Assembly: GCA_963663225.1 (NCBI GenBank)
Contig: OY760142.1
Coordinates: forward strand, 1,504,001 to 1,568,000
Reading direction: 5' to 3'
DNA length: 64,000 nt
Source of the DNA: Nitrospirota bacterium
GTDB taxonomy: Bacteria; Nitrospirota; UBA9217
The translations under genes and the position numbers were made by a program. The notes below the pieces were generated by a model, which saw only the letters and a list, made by a program, of their open reading frames with translations, searched no databases and was not told the origin of the DNA. Of this stretch, positions 21,314-32,095 are shown piece by piece (positions within the stretch are counted from its first letter, which is position 1; every line of letters starts with the position of its first letter).

Positions 21314-22418
21314 CCTGCCCTGGGGCATGGTCGGGCTTGTTTTCCTGATCGCACTGTTCGGCCTTGCAGCGGTATACAGCGCGACGTATACGGTACGAGG
21401 CCCTTCACCTCTTTATTACAAACAGATTGTCTGGATAGGCATCGGAATGGTTGTGATGTTTCTTGCGCTTATTCCGGACTACCATACGGTTGGGCGTTAC
21501 GCATACATCCTTTATGCATTGTCGCTTGTGCTGCTTCTGCTGGTCATGATAATGGGAAAGACCGGGATGGGAGCACAGCGATGGCTTTCCATCGGCCCTT
21601 TCGCGTTTCAACCATCGGAACTGGCAAAATTATCCATCACACTCGCGCTGGCGAGGTACTTTGCCGATACTGCAAGACACGGTGGGTATAATCTGAAGGA
21701 TCTGGCCATCCCCGGCGTCATGGTGCTGGTGCCGCTTTTGCTCGTGCTGAAGCAGCCCGACCTCGGCACTGCTCTCATGCTGCTGCTGACGTCCTCGCTT
21801 ATTGTCATGCTTGCGGGGATACATCTGCGGTCGGTCGCCGTGGTTCTCGTTACCGGCTTAGTAATCGCGGCGCTTGTGCTTTTTGTACCGCCCGTGCGCA
21901 ACAAGATTTGGGGATCGCTCAAGCCGTACCAGCAGAACAGAATCAAGGCTTTCATTGATCCGAGTTCAGACCGGCTTGGGAGCGGCTACCATGCGAATCA
22001 GTCGAAAATAGCCGTAGGATCAGGCCAGATTACCGGCAAAGGCTTCCGGAAAGGCACGCAAAGTCAGATGGCTTTCTTGCCTGAGCGCCACACAGATTTT
22101 ATTTTTGCGGTCATCGCGGAGGAGACAGGTTTTCTTGGCAGCACGATCCTGATTCTTCTGTATCTGATCCTTCTTCTGGTTGGTGTTGATACGGCAAAAA
22201 ACGCTAAAGACCGTCTCGGGGTGCTGATGGCTGGAGGTATCGTATCGATGATATCTCTTTACGTATTCATCAACGTGGGCATGGCGGTAGGTATCGTGCC
22301 TGTTGTGGGAGTGCCGCTCCCGCTTGTAAGTTACGGCGGAACTTCCATCATTACCACCTTCCTTGCTCTTGGCCTGCTTCTCAACATCCAGACGAGGCGG
22401 TTTATGCTGTTTTACTAA
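21288..22418 (+). CDS. rodA: Rod shape-determining protein RodA
   Basis: GAQRW, FQPSE, QPDLGT, HTDFIF, SYGGTS. Confidence 0.95.
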   Translation: MQSQRWFTNLPWGMVGLVFLIALFGLAAVYSATYTVRGPSPLYYKQIVWIGIGMVVMFLALIPDYHTVGRYAYILYALSLVLLLLVMIMGKTGMGAQRWLSIGPFAFQPSELAKLSITLALARYFADTARHGGYNLKDLAIPGVMVLVPLLLVLKQPDLGTALMLLLTSSLIVMLAGIHLRSVAVVLVTGLVIAALVLFVPPVRNKIWGSLKPYQQNRIKAFIDPSSDRLGSGYHANQSKIAVGSGQITGKGFRKGTQSQMAFLPERHTDFIFAVIAEETGFLGSTILILLYLILLLVGVDTAKNAKDRLGVLMAGGIVSMISLYVFINVGMAVGIVPVVGVPLPLVSYGGTSIITTFLALGLLLNIQTRRFMLFY

Positions 22419-22492
22419 TACGCTGCCACTTCCTTGATGCCTGTGCAAAGTCCAAGAAAATTCAGCAAGCCGCGCGTGTATAAAGGAGCCTC

Positions 22493-25165
22493 ATGTTTGA
22501 ACGTTTTTTGCCGCTGGTAAGCAAGCCGGCGCGGTATATTAATGCGGAAATCAACAGCGTTCGGAAAGACTTTTCGAAGGTCAAAACGAAAGTCTGTCTT
22601 TTTTTCCCCGATACCTATGAAGTAGGCATGTCTCATCTCGGATTGAAAATCCTCTATCACATTCTGAACACCCGGGAAGACACCGCCTGCGAACGGGTGT
22701 TTTCCCCATGGACGGACTATGAAGAGCGGCTCCGCGCCTCCGAACACAAGCTCGCAAGCCTCGAATCAAACCTGCCTCTTTCTGAATTCGACATTCTCGG
22801 AGTTACGCTTCAATATGAGTTGTCATACTCGAATATTCTGACGGCTTTGGACCTGGCAGGCATCCCGCTCCGTGCAGCAGACAGGACCGACAAACATCCG
22901 ATTGTTATCGCAGGAGGGCCCTGCACTATGAATCCGGGGCCGCTTTCCGATTTTATCGATGTTTTTTTTCTCGGTGATGCGGAAGAGGCCGTGCATGAGC
23001 TCGTTGAGCTTAAACAGCAGCATAAACGCCGACAGGTTTTTCTTGAAACCATTGCCCGTCAGGAAGGGTTCTATGTGCCGGAAATCGGCACGAAGGGTGT
23101 TACCAGGAGGTTTCTTGAAAGTCTCGAGCACGCCTCTTATCCGGCTAAACCGGTGCTTCCATTTTTAAAACCCATACACGACAGAGTCACGGTAGAGGTT
23201 GCCAGAGGATGTATCCGGGGGTGCCGGTTCTGCCAGGCAGGGATGATTTACCGGCCCTATCGCGAACGAAGTCCTGAAACCGTCAAAGCCCTGCTTCACG
23301 ACTCCCTGCGTTGCACGGGATATGAAGAGCTGTCTCTGGCCTCGCTCAGCGCAGGCGATTACACCGGCATCCAACCGCTTGTCGTCGATTTGATGAAGCA
23401 ATACCATGACAGCCGCGTTTCGATTTCTCTTCCTTCTCTTCGCGTGGGAACGCTTACGCCGGAAATGGTGCAGGCCATTGCTGATACACGCAAAACCGGA
23501 TTTACGCTTGCGCCGGAAGCGGGAACTGAGCGCCTTCGCAATGTCATCAATAAACCGCTGAGTGACAGCGACCTTTTTCGCGCTGCGGAAACTATTTTTA
23601 AAAACGGTTGGAATGTCCTTAAGCTGTATTTTATGATCGGACTGCCGACGGAAACCGATGAGGACCTGGACGGGATCGTCAGGCTCGTCAACGAAATCTT
23701 TGCTCTCGGCAGAAAAGTGTCGAAGCGCGGGGTGCAGTTGAATATTACGCTGTCCTCGTTTGTTCCAAAACCGCACACCGCTTTCCAGTGGACCGGGCAA
23801 GCCTCATTGGAGGAAATACGCACCAAGCAACGCTACCTGGAACAAAGGCTTCGGCGACGCGGTATTGCGCTAAAACCGCATAATGCTGAAATGAGTCTGC
23901 TAGAAGGGGCTTTTGCGCGGGGTGACAGAACGCTCGGCAGGGTGATTCAGGAAGCGATGCGGATCGGCTGTCGGTTTGATGCTTGGAGTGAATGCTTTGA
24001 TTTCAGAAAATGGGAGGAGGCGTTCGCAAAATTTGGGGTTGCAATGCCCGATTATGCGTGCCGTACTTTTAAAAAAGAAGAACCCCTTCCGTGGGAATAT
24101 GTGCACAGCGGGATCTCCAAAGAATTTTTCCAGACCGAATATCAACGCGCTTTGGCTGCAGAAACCACGGAAAACTGCAGAATGGAATGCAGACAGTGCG
24201 GGCTGGAGTGCAAGGACGGCGGGACCCCATCATTGGGAAAACCGGCCGCGCTGGCGCCGCATTGGGAATATGTGCACAGCGGGATCTCCAAAGAATTTTT
24301 CCAGACCGAATATCAACGCGCTTTGGCTGCAGAAACCACGGAAAACTGCAGAATGGAATGCAGACAGTGCGGGCTGGAGTGCAAGGACGGCGGGACCCCA
24401 TCATTGGGAAAACCGGCCGCGCTGGCGCCGCATTCGGCGCCTCCCAAAACTGCATCTGTCGCGGACTCCCAGGAACAGAAATCAAACGGAATCGAACCCT
24501 CTGTCCGAATCAGATTTCAATATGCAAAAACCGGCCGCATAAGATTTCTTTCACATCTCGACCTGATGACCCTTTTTCATCGGGCAGCAGTGCGAGCGGA
24601 AATCCCCCTGATGTTTTCCCAAGGGTTCAACCCGCATCCAAAAATCGCTTTTAGTCCTGCCCTATCCGTCGGCATGGAAAGCGAAGCGGAATATTTGGAT
24701 ATGGAAATCAGCCATCTCACCAGCCTCGATCACATCACGCAGGCGTTCAGTAATGCATTGCCGAGTGGAATACAAATCAGGAAATCACGCATTATTCCTT
24801 TAAAAGCACCGTCGCTTTCCGGAAGTATCAGCAGGTATGTCTATACGGTCAGAGTTCCAGCCCCTTATTCTGACATCGTCGATCATCGTTTGACGGCGTT
24901 CTCAGCCCAACCAACAGCGCTGGTGGAAAAAGAAGGGAAAAAAAAGGACATCAAACCGCTTATCGAATCGATAACACACGAACCATCCTCTGGCACGATT
25001 ATCGCAACGCTGCAGGACAGCGCCGAATCCAAAATACGCATTCAGGATGTTCTCAAGATTCTTTTTGATGCATCCCCTGAGGATATTCCATTCTTTGAGA
25101 TCGTCCGTACTGCGCTTTATGCAAAAAAACAGAACCAGTGGATAGACCCTCTGGAAAATATCTAG
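22493..25165 (+). CDS. TIGR03960-type B12-binding radical SAM protein fused to DUF2344 (TIGR03936-type) domain
   Basis: PDTYEVGMS, RGCIRGCRFCQAG, RFLSHLD...SQGFNPHPK; typical position between rodA and rng. Confidence 0.9.
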   Translation: MFERFLPLVSKPARYINAEINSVRKDFSKVKTKVCLFFPDTYEVGMSHLGLKILYHILNTREDTACERVFSPWTDYEERLRASEHKLASLESNLPLSEFDILGVTLQYELSYSNILTALDLAGIPLRAADRTDKHPIVIAGGPCTMNPGPLSDFIDVFFLGDAEEAVHELVELKQQHKRRQVFLETIARQEGFYVPEIGTKGVTRRFLESLEHASYPAKPVLPFLKPIHDRVTVEVARGCIRGCRFCQAGMIYRPYRERSPETVKALLHDSLRCTGYEELSLASLSAGDYTGIQPLVVDLMKQYHDSRVSISLPSLRVGTLTPEMVQAIADTRKTGFTLAPEAGTERLRNVINKPLSDSDLFRAAETIFKNGWNVLKLYFMIGLPTETDEDLDGIVRLVNEIFALGRKVSKRGVQLNITLSSFVPKPHTAFQWTGQASLEEIRTKQRYLEQRLRRRGIALKPHNAEMSLLEGAFARGDRTLGRVIQEAMRIGCRFDAWSECFDFRKWEEAFAKFGVAMPDYACRTFKKEEPLPWEYVHSGISKEFFQTEYQRALAAETTENCRMECRQCGLECKDGGTPSLGKPAALAPHWEYVHSGISKEFFQTEYQRALAAETTENCRMECRQCGLECKDGGTPSLGKPAALAPHSAPPKTASVADSQEQKSNGIEPSVRIRFQYAKTGRIRFLSHLDLMTLFHRAAVRAEIPLMFSQGFNPHPKIAFSPALSVGMESEAEYLDMEISHLTSLDHITQAFSNALPSGIQIRKSRIIPLKAPSLSGSISRYVYTVRVPAPYSDIVDHRLTAFSAQPTALVEKEGKKKDIKPLIESITHEPSSGTIIATLQDSAESKIRIQDVLKILFDASPEDIPFFEIVRTALYAKKQNQWIDPLENI
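24092..24434 (+). repeat. Exact 171-bp tandem duplication (2 copies, in frame, 57 aa)
   Basis: 24092-24262 identical to 24263-24433. Confidence 0.97.
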
Positions 25166-25292
25166 CCCTGTCTCTTCAGCAGAAGCCGGTTGACCGCCTC
25201 AGGCTTTTGTCCCAGACATTTTTGCTTTATCTCTTGTATTCAATCACATCCTCATATACAATAGTAAAAGATATCATGCATGAGGAGAAGCT

Positions 25293-26798
25293 ATGTCATC
25301 CGAGATCATCGTAAACGCGGGCCGGGAAGAGACGCGCGTGGCCCTTACAGACAACGGTCTGGTTACGGAAATATATATCGACCGTAAAAAAGACCGCGGC
25401 GTTGCCGGCAATGTATATAAAGGCCGTGTCATGAAAGTGCTGCCCGGCATGCAGGCTTCCTTTGTGGACATCGGACTTGAAAAGTCCGCTTTTCTTTACG
25501 TGGGGGACGTTTTTGACAGCACCTCGGAATATACCCCGATGATGGACGATGAAGGACTTGAGCTCGAGGTTGAGCCGAAGCGAAAGCGTGCATATGCCAC
25601 CCAGATTGAAGACCTGCTTCAGGAAGGGCAGGAGATCCTCGTGCAAGTTTCGAAAGAGCCGATCAGCACCAAAGGCGCGCGGGTCACCACCTACATCAGC
25701 ATTCCCGGCCGGTATCTGGTCATGATGCCGGGTGTCAACCATATCGGTGTTTCGCGGCGGATCGAAAACAGCGAGGAGCGAAACCGGCTCCGTGAAATCG
25801 TGGGCAGGCTCCGGAAACCGAACACGGGTTATATCATCCGGACTGCGAGCGAGGGCAGAAGCGAAGAGGATTTTACCGCAGACATCGAGTTTCTCGGCAG
25901 ATTATGGGAGAATATTCAGCGGAAAAAAGAACGGACGTCCGCCCCAGCGCTCATGCACAATGAGCTTGACCTCGTTTTCCGCATTATACGGGATATCTTC
26001 ACCCGGGATGTGGACAAAATGATCATCGACTCGTCCGAAGAATACCAGCGAGCAAAAGAATTCATCGATTCCTACCTTCCCCAGCTCAGCAGGCGTGTAA
26101 GGCCCTATGAGGGCGACGACCCTATTTTTGATCACTACGGTGTGGAAATTGAAATTTCACGCGCTCTTGGCAGAAAAGTCTGGCTCAAGTCGGGGGGATA
26201 CATTATCATCGACCAGACGGAAGCGCTTACCACCATTGATGTTAATACCGGACGATATGTGGGAAAGCGGACGCTGGAAGACACGATCCTGAAAACAAAC
26301 CTTGAGGCGGTACGCGAAATCGCCTATCAGTTGCGGCTCCGGAATATCGGCGGCATTATTATTCTTGATTTTATCGATATGGAACGCGAGGACAACCGCC
26401 GCAAAGTATATTCGGCTCTTCAGGAAGCCCTTGCCATCGACAAGGCAAAAACGACCATATCCCATATTTCACCGATCGGGCTTATAGAGATGACCCGCAA
26501 GCGGATACGCGAGAGCCTGGGCAGAACGCTTTGCGAACCCTGTCCGTATTGCGATGGGCGGGGCTATATTAAATCGGCACGGACAATCTGTTACGAGGTT
26601 TTCCGGGAAATCAGGCGTGCTTTTTCAAATGCGGATGAAAAGAAAGCTCTGGTGACCGTTAACTCAGTGGTCGCTGATTTGTTGTACGACGACGAGCGGC
26701 TGGGAGTTGAGGAACTGGAAAGGGAATTTCAAAAGAAAATCGTCATCAAGGCCGATCCCAATCTTCATCAAGAACAATATGAAGTCGTTATGGTCTGA
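25293..26798 (+). CDS. rng: Ribonuclease G/E family
   Basis: GNVYKGRV S1 domain, IDVNTG, GGIIILDFIDM, CPYCDGRG. Confidence 0.93.
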   Translation: MSSEIIVNAGREETRVALTDNGLVTEIYIDRKKDRGVAGNVYKGRVMKVLPGMQASFVDIGLEKSAFLYVGDVFDSTSEYTPMMDDEGLELEVEPKRKRAYATQIEDLLQEGQEILVQVSKEPISTKGARVTTYISIPGRYLVMMPGVNHIGVSRRIENSEERNRLREIVGRLRKPNTGYIIRTASEGRSEEDFTADIEFLGRLWENIQRKKERTSAPALMHNELDLVFRIIRDIFTRDVDKMIIDSSEEYQRAKEFIDSYLPQLSRRVRPYEGDDPIFDHYGVEIEISRALGRKVWLKSGGYIIIDQTEALTTIDVNTGRYVGKRTLEDTILKTNLEAVREIAYQLRLRNIGGIIILDFIDMEREDNRRKVYSALQEALAIDKAKTTISHISPIGLIEMTRKRIRESLGRTLCEPCPYCDGRGYIKSARTICYEVFREIRRAFSNADEKKALVTVNSVVADLLYDDERLGVEELEREFQKKIVIKADPNLHQEQYEVVMV

Positions 26799-26849
26799 TC
26801 AGACTGCCTGAATACGGCGCAGGCGGCAGCTCCGGAAAACGGGTTTTCG

Positions 26850-27227
26850 CTACGCGCTTTTCTGCTTCAACATCGGCTCAATAACCATCCTGTCAATATC
26901 CTCCGGGCGAAACGGTTTCTCAATATACTGCACTCTTCCTTTTTTCTGCAGCAATGCTTGCAATTCCAGCGACCACGATGCCGTCATGATGATGACCGGA
27001 ACGGAAGGACACTGCTTTTGGGCATACTCAATGACAGTATATCCATCAAGATTCGGCATTACCAGATCGGTCAGAATCATATTCACGCAGTTTGATTCGA
27101 GCAGATGAATGGCCTTCTCCCCGTCTCCCGCAGTCAGTACGGTCAAGTCGGGTACTCTTGAGCAAAGATAGGATGCAAGTGTATCGCAAAGAGTCTTATT
27201 ATCATCAACGATAAGAATGGTTCTCAT
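26850..27227 (-). CDS. Single-domain response regulator
   Basis: IVDD, TDLVMP, MTA, EKPF. Confidence 0.9.
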   Translation of the reverse strand: MRTILIVDDNKTLCDTLASYLCSRVPDLTVLTAGDGEKAIHLLESNCVNMILTDLVMPNLDGYTVIEYAQKQCPSVPVIIMTASWSLELQALLQKKGRVQYIEKPFRPEDIDRMVIEPMLKQKSA

Positions 27228-27281
27228 GGCTGTCCTATATAAGCGTATAAGAACGAATTAGTACACCTCTTTTTATTAATT

Positions 27282-27297
27282 AGCAAAATGGATACCA
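27282..27297 (-). promoter_or_regulatory. Sigma-54 -24/-12 promoter
   Basis: Minus strand TGGTAT-CCATT-TTGCT (GG-N10-GC), about 55 bp before the ATG. Confidence 0.65.
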
Positions 27298-27491
27298 GAC
27301 GGATAACAGCAGGATAATGCAGGAAATGACCGGTAATAGCAGATTGAATTGTTCCTTGGATGATTATTTTGGCTGACCCATTTTGATCAGGGATCAGAAA
27401 GGAGGCATCAGATCAGCAGATACGGAGTTTTTCCAAAATGCACGGAATATCGGAGAGGTTTCTTGGTGCTTTGCGGTTATGTGAAGCTTTA

Positions 27492-28844
27492 CTATGAGTT
27501 GGTCTTAATCTTTCGCTTTAACGTGGATAAGGATATTCCCAGGGCTTTTGCTGTTTTTGTAAAATTATTTCCAAGTAGTTCCAGCGCATACCGGATATGC
27601 CTTTTTTCCAGTTCATCGAGAGAGATAATTTCGTGCGAATTTGCCGGCTGTGCGTCCGGCACAGGGGCCGGAGGATTTTTTTTCTGATCAAGCAGCAGGG
27701 ACGGGCGGAGTTCCGCACCATGCTGAAGCATCAGGGAGCGCTCCAGGACATTTCTGAGTTCGCGCACATTGCCCGGCCAATCATATGCCATAAGCTGCTT
27801 CTGTTCCTCGGAAGACAGGGCCGTTATTTTGTTTGCATTCAAGGTTCCCAGCAGATAGTTGGAGAGTGCCGGAATATCGCCGCGCCGCTCCCGCAAAGGC
27901 GGAAGGTGGATCTGCAGCACGCTGAGTCGATAAAAAAGGTCTTTGCGGAAGGTTTTGCCTGTAGCGCTGCTTAAGTCGACACCGGTTGCGGCTATGATAC
28001 GGACATTAACAGACCGGGCGGACGTCCCGCCCAGCTTGCGTACAAGCTTGTCATCGATCACGCTCAAAAGCTTGGCCTGCAGGTGCGGAGGCATTTCCCC
28101 AATTTCGTCGAGAAACAGGGTGCCGCCTTCCGCCATCTCAAAGATGCCCTTTCGTGACGCAGCTGCGCCGGTAAACGCCCCTTTCTCATAGCCGAACAGC
28201 TCCGCTTCAATCAATGTTTCGGGCAAGGCGGCACAGTTTATGCTGATGAACGGTGCCGAATTTCTTGCACTTTGGTAATGAATTGTTTTTGCCAGCATTG
28301 TTTTGCCGGTACCTGTTTCTCCGGTGATGAGAACCGGCGAGTCGGAGCGTGCGGCAAGCTCCTTCATTTTCATGATTTCGCCCAGATTTTCTCCACCGAT
28401 AAAAACCGTTTCTGCATTTTCGCGAGTTCCTCGATAGTTCTGAAGCTGCTCATATCGTTCCAGTTCCAGAGTCCTAAGCGCTTGCCCGACCGCCAGACGC
28501 AGTGCCTCAAGTTCAAAAGGTTTTGTCAGGTAATCATATGCACCCTGCCTTATGGCCGCCACGGCATGCTCAAAGCTGGGATAAGCGGTTGCAAAAATGA
28601 TTTTAGTTTGGTCGTTGTATTTCAGAATTTCGGGGCAGAGCGTGTGGCCTTCCGCGTCCGGAAGCTGCTGATCAAGCAGCACGACGTCGACTGTTTGGCG
28701 GGAGCATACGGTGATTCCTTCTTGTGCGGTGTGTGCCGTGAGCACAGCAATTTTCCCCTTGTCAAAGTAATCTTTTACCGCCTCGGCATATATCCTGTCA
28801 TCGTCAATGACAAGTAATGTCTTTTCACCATCGCGCTGCACCAC
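27492..28844 (-). CDS. NtrC-family sigma-54 response regulator (REC-AAA-HTH)
   Basis: LLDQQLP, GETGTGK, GAFTGA, WPGNVREL, Fis HTH; start approximate (GTG after GAGGGAGG). Confidence 0.93.
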   Translation of the reverse strand: MVQRDGEKTLLVIDDDRIYAEAVKDYFDKGKIAVLTAHTAQEGITVCSRQTVDVVLLDQQLPDAEGHTLCPEILKYNDQTKIIFATAYPSFEHAVAAIRQGAYDYLTKPFELEALRLAVGQALRTLELERYEQLQNYRGTRENAETVFIGGENLGEIMKMKELAARSDSPVLITGETGTGKTMLAKTIHYQSARNSAPFISINCAALPETLIEAELFGYEKGAFTGAAASRKGIFEMAEGGTLFLDEIGEMPPHLQAKLLSVIDDKLVRKLGGTSARSVNVRIIAATGVDLSSATGKTFRKDLFYRLSVLQIHLPPLRERRGDIPALSNYLLGTLNANKITALSSEEQKQLMAYDWPGNVRELRNVLERSLMLQHGAELRPSLLLDQKKNPPAPVPDAQPANSHEIISLDELEKRHIRYALELLGNNFTKTAKALGISLSTLKRKIKTNS

Positions 28845-29184
28845 AACAGCCTCCCTCTCATTACATACCATATGCTGCTTTTTAGCTGTAGTTGGTGCAA
28901 ATGTACGCGGAGGAAGCAGTTTTGTCAAGAGGAAGGATTTGCAATGAAGCAATACGGACAGAGGCCGATATAAACCCTGGGTAATTGAACTGTCACGGGA
29001 AAGCATACGTCCATTTTGAAATAACTATACAGAAAATTCTTGATTTTTTGGCATGGTCCGATGGTTGGGAAGAAGGAGTAAATAAATTTTTTTGATAAAA
29101 CTAAAAATTGCAATAAGGGTATCAGCTCGACATAAGCCGGAGTGCTCCGCAGTCGCGGAGACTCCGGCATGAACGGCTTCAGTG

Positions 29185-30159
29185 TTACAGCATTTCTTCA
29201 AGACTGATGGTCCTGGTTGTGGTGATGTTCCTGAGCTTCTTGAGCGCCTGCTCCTGGATTTGCCTTACCCGTTCCCGGGTAATTTTGAGGGCTTTACCGA
29301 TGCTGTCCAGGGTCCGTGGTTTTTCGCCGTCCAGTCCAAACCGCAATTCAATGACTTCCCGTTCAATATCGCGAAGTTCTGCAAGCCACTCATCGATATG
29401 TTTCCGTTTGCGGATTTCATCCGAGGCTTCCATGGGAGAAAAAGCTTTTTCATCCTCAAGAACGCTTTGAAGTGTGTCCTCCTCGTGATCCCCGATCAGC
29501 ATATCCAGAGAATACGTTTCGCGGAGCACTTGAGACAGGCTTCGCACTTTATCGATGCTGATGTTCATTTTTTTTGCAATTTCATCCAGGCCGGGTTCAC
29601 GGCCAAGTTCCTGCGTCAGGGAGCGCACTGTCGCAGAATATGAGTGTACCATGCCCGCGACATGCACCGGAAGACGAATGATCCGGGCTTGATTTACAAT
29701 AGCCCGTTCGATTGCCTGTCTGATCCACCAAACGGCATACGTGCTGAATTTCAAACCGCGCTGATACTGAAACTTTTCGACCGCCCTGATAAGGCCGAGA
29801 TTGCCCTCTTCCAGAATGTCGGCAAAGGGCAGCCCCCGGTTGATATATTTTTTGCCGACGGCAACCACGAGCCGAAGGTTTGATTCGATCATGGCCTTAC
29901 GGGCCCGGTCATCTCCCTCGGCAATTCTTTTTCCCAAGGTCTGCTCTTCCGCAAATGTGAGAAGAGGAAAGCTTCTGATGTCTTTGAGGTAGTATTTAAC
30001 TGCATCCAGGTCCTTTGCAGGGGTCCGGCCGCGTTCCTTAATCTGATCGAACTTGCTGCCTGAATCTTCGCGCGCTATTTCCATTCTCTCGTCAAGTTGA
30101 AGATCAGGTTCAAGAAAATCCGACACTGACAACTCAGGTTCCATAGTCATTGTGCTCAT
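29185..30159 (-). CDS. RNA polymerase sigma factor, RpoS/group 2-like
   Basis: Region 1.2 [44 protein letters not shown]; no region 1.1. Confidence 0.88.
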   Translation of the reverse strand: MSTMTMEPELSVSDFLEPDLQLDERMEIAREDSGSKFDQIKERGRTPAKDLDAVKYYLKDIRSFPLLTFAEEQTLGKRIAEGDDRARKAMIESNLRLVVAVGKKYINRGLPFADILEEGNLGLIRAVEKFQYQRGLKFSTYAVWWIRQAIERAIVNQARIIRLPVHVAGMVHSYSATVRSLTQELGREPGLDEIAKKMNISIDKVRSLSQVLRETYSLDMLIGDHEEDTLQSVLEDEKAFSPMEASDEIRKRKHIDEWLAELRDIEREVIELRFGLDGEKPRTLDSIGKALKITRERVRQIQEQALKKLRNITTTRTISLEEML

Positions 30160-30266
30160 TATTGTCTCCTCGTTCTTCGTTTGGAAATGCATAAAAATGC
30201 AACGTATTGTTTTTGTTTATGGTACAGGATGGTTCTGTAATTTGTTGCGGGCAATACGCTACTCTA

Positions 30267-30282
30267 TGCAAACAGGAGGCCA
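30267..30282 (-). promoter_or_regulatory. Sigma-54 -24/-12 promoter upstream of the sigma factor gene
   Basis: Minus strand TGGCCT-CCTGT-TTGCA followed upstream by AT-rich DNA. Confidence 0.7.
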
Positions 30283-30554
30283 AGACAAAAAATAATAAAG
30301 GATTAAATAAATCAGTATGTTAACGAGTAAAAAGTTATAAAAAAATGCGGACCCATTCAAAATGACCTATCTATTTTGTGGTAGCATTCATTTTCAACAG
30401 TCTTTAACAAAAATTTTTTCGCTGCATCATAAATAATGAGAGGAAATGATATCTGCATAAAATGACGCGGAGGTAATTGATGGCAAGCAGGAAGCTGTAA
30501 TGGGAAGCGTTGCGTGACAGAAAGGAATTACAAATAGTGCAGCGTGGTTGTCTG

Positions 30555-31400
30555 TTACTGTGTGACGAGAATATTATCAATCAATCTTGTACGTCCCAGC
30601 CGGACTGCGACCAGTATGGCCATTCTCGGTGTGGTAGTGGAGAGCGGAGCAAGGGTCTCCGGATCGACAATTGCGATGTAGTCAATGCTGAATTTTTCTT
30701 CTTGCGTCAGTATGCGGTGCATTTCAAGCCGAATTTTCTCCGGTTCATTCATGCCTGACTTCACCAATTGTTCAGCAGCAGAAAGAGCTTTAAAAATCGT
30801 TGCTGCAACCTGGCGCTCTCCGGTATTTAAGTACGTATTGCGGGAACTCATTGCAAGGCCATCCGTCTCGCGAATGGTAGGCTGAACGCATATTTTGACA
30901 TCCATGTTCAGCTCCTGTACCATATGTTTAATCACCATGCACTGCTGGTAATCTTTTTGGCCGAAAAAAGCAGCATGGGGTTTGACAATATTGAAGAGTT
31001 TCGCCACCACCGTTGCGACACCGCGATAATGACCCGGCCTTATGGCACCTTCCAGTATGTCGGATATGCCGTCCACCGTAACGAAAACAAAAGGTTTTTT
31101 CGGATACATTTCCTGTGGATCGGGCATAAAGAGAAAATCAACTCCGGCTGTTTTGCACTTTAAGCAGTCTCCTTCATGATCCCGCGGATAACGGTCGAGG
31201 TCTTCCGTGGGCCCGAATTGAGTCGGATTGACAAAAATACTGGCACAGACGATATCAGATTCCTGTCGAGCCTGCCGCATGAGAGAAAGATGGCCCTCGT
31301 GCAAAAAACCCATGGTGGGGACAAAACCGATTCTTTGCCCCTGTTTTCTGGCGGAATCTGCCAGCGACTGCATTTCAGATAGGTGAGTAATTATGCGCAT
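30555..31400 (-). CDS. panC: Pantoate-beta-alanine ligase
   Basis: PTMGFLHEGH, FVNPTQF, FGQKDYQQ, AMSSRN, RLIDN. Confidence 0.97.
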   Translation of the reverse strand: MRIITHLSEMQSLADSARKQGQRIGFVPTMGFLHEGHLSLMRQARQESDIVCASIFVNPTQFGPTEDLDRYPRDHEGDCLKCKTAGVDFLFMPDPQEMYPKKPFVFVTVDGISDILEGAIRPGHYRGVATVVAKLFNIVKPHAAFFGQKDYQQCMVIKHMVQELNMDVKICVQPTIRETDGLAMSSRNTYLNTGERQVAATIFKALSAAEQLVKSGMNEPEKIRLEMHRILTQEEKFSIDYIAIVDPETLAPLSTTTPRMAILVAVRLGRTRLIDNILVTQ

Positions 31401-31484
31401 AAATTTCGGCCGGACACGTGTGGTCGCACGTGCCAGCCCCGCTCCGTAGGTCGAGTTTTTTGATAAACAGATATCTCCGAATCG

Positions 31485-31910
31485 CTATTTCCCGAGCAGG
31501 TTCATAAATGTGTCGTGGTGCTTTTCTTCGTCTGCGAGAATTTCCTCGAACAATAAGCGCGTGGTTGAATCGCTTTCCGATACTGCTTGCTTAATGATTT
31601 CCTTGTAGAGGTCAATGGCCTCTTCTTCCGCGCGTGCATCCGCTTCAAGCATTTCCTTTGTTGATGTCACTACCGTGATAGGGTCCGGCTTGGTGGTCGG
31701 TATGACATTAAAATAGAAGAGCCGTTCGGCTATTTTCTCCGCGTGCTTCATTTCCGCAATTGCCACCTTTTCGAATACGTCGGAGAGGCCGGCTGATTCA
31801 AGCCCTTTTGCCATGACATGCTGCCACATATATTGAACACTCACCTGGATTTCCCGTGCAATGGCGCTGTTCATCATATCCGTTAGTTTGCTGCTTGCTT
31901 TCTGTACCAT
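31485..31910 (-). CDS. Ferritin-like/bacterioferritin-like diiron protein
   Basis: E, EMKH, E, EEKH ferroxidase pattern. Confidence 0.85.
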   Translation of the reverse strand: MVQKASSKLTDMMNSAIAREIQVSVQYMWQHVMAKGLESAGLSDVFEKVAIAEMKHAEKIAERLFYFNVIPTTKPDPITVVTSTKEMLEADARAEEEAIDLYKEIIKQAVSESDSTTRLLFEEILADEEKHHDTFMNLLGK

Positions 31911-32095
31911 GGGTATTCTCCTTTCGTATTAATACTGACGTCGCCGTTGGTGACACAACTGAAAACGGACTCTTCGTCCGCATCAGCGTTCCTGTTTGCA
32001 TCGTAGCATCAAACACCAGCGGTTTCAAGGATAAATATTTTTACAAAATGAAATTTTGTTTTGTAACTCGTGCTGTTTTGAGCGTCAGCCTCTGG

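Noticed and set aside
24092-24434. Repeat as CRISPR or mobile element
   Set aside because: Two adjacent 171-bp copies with no spacers, inside a CDS; no cas or transposase genes
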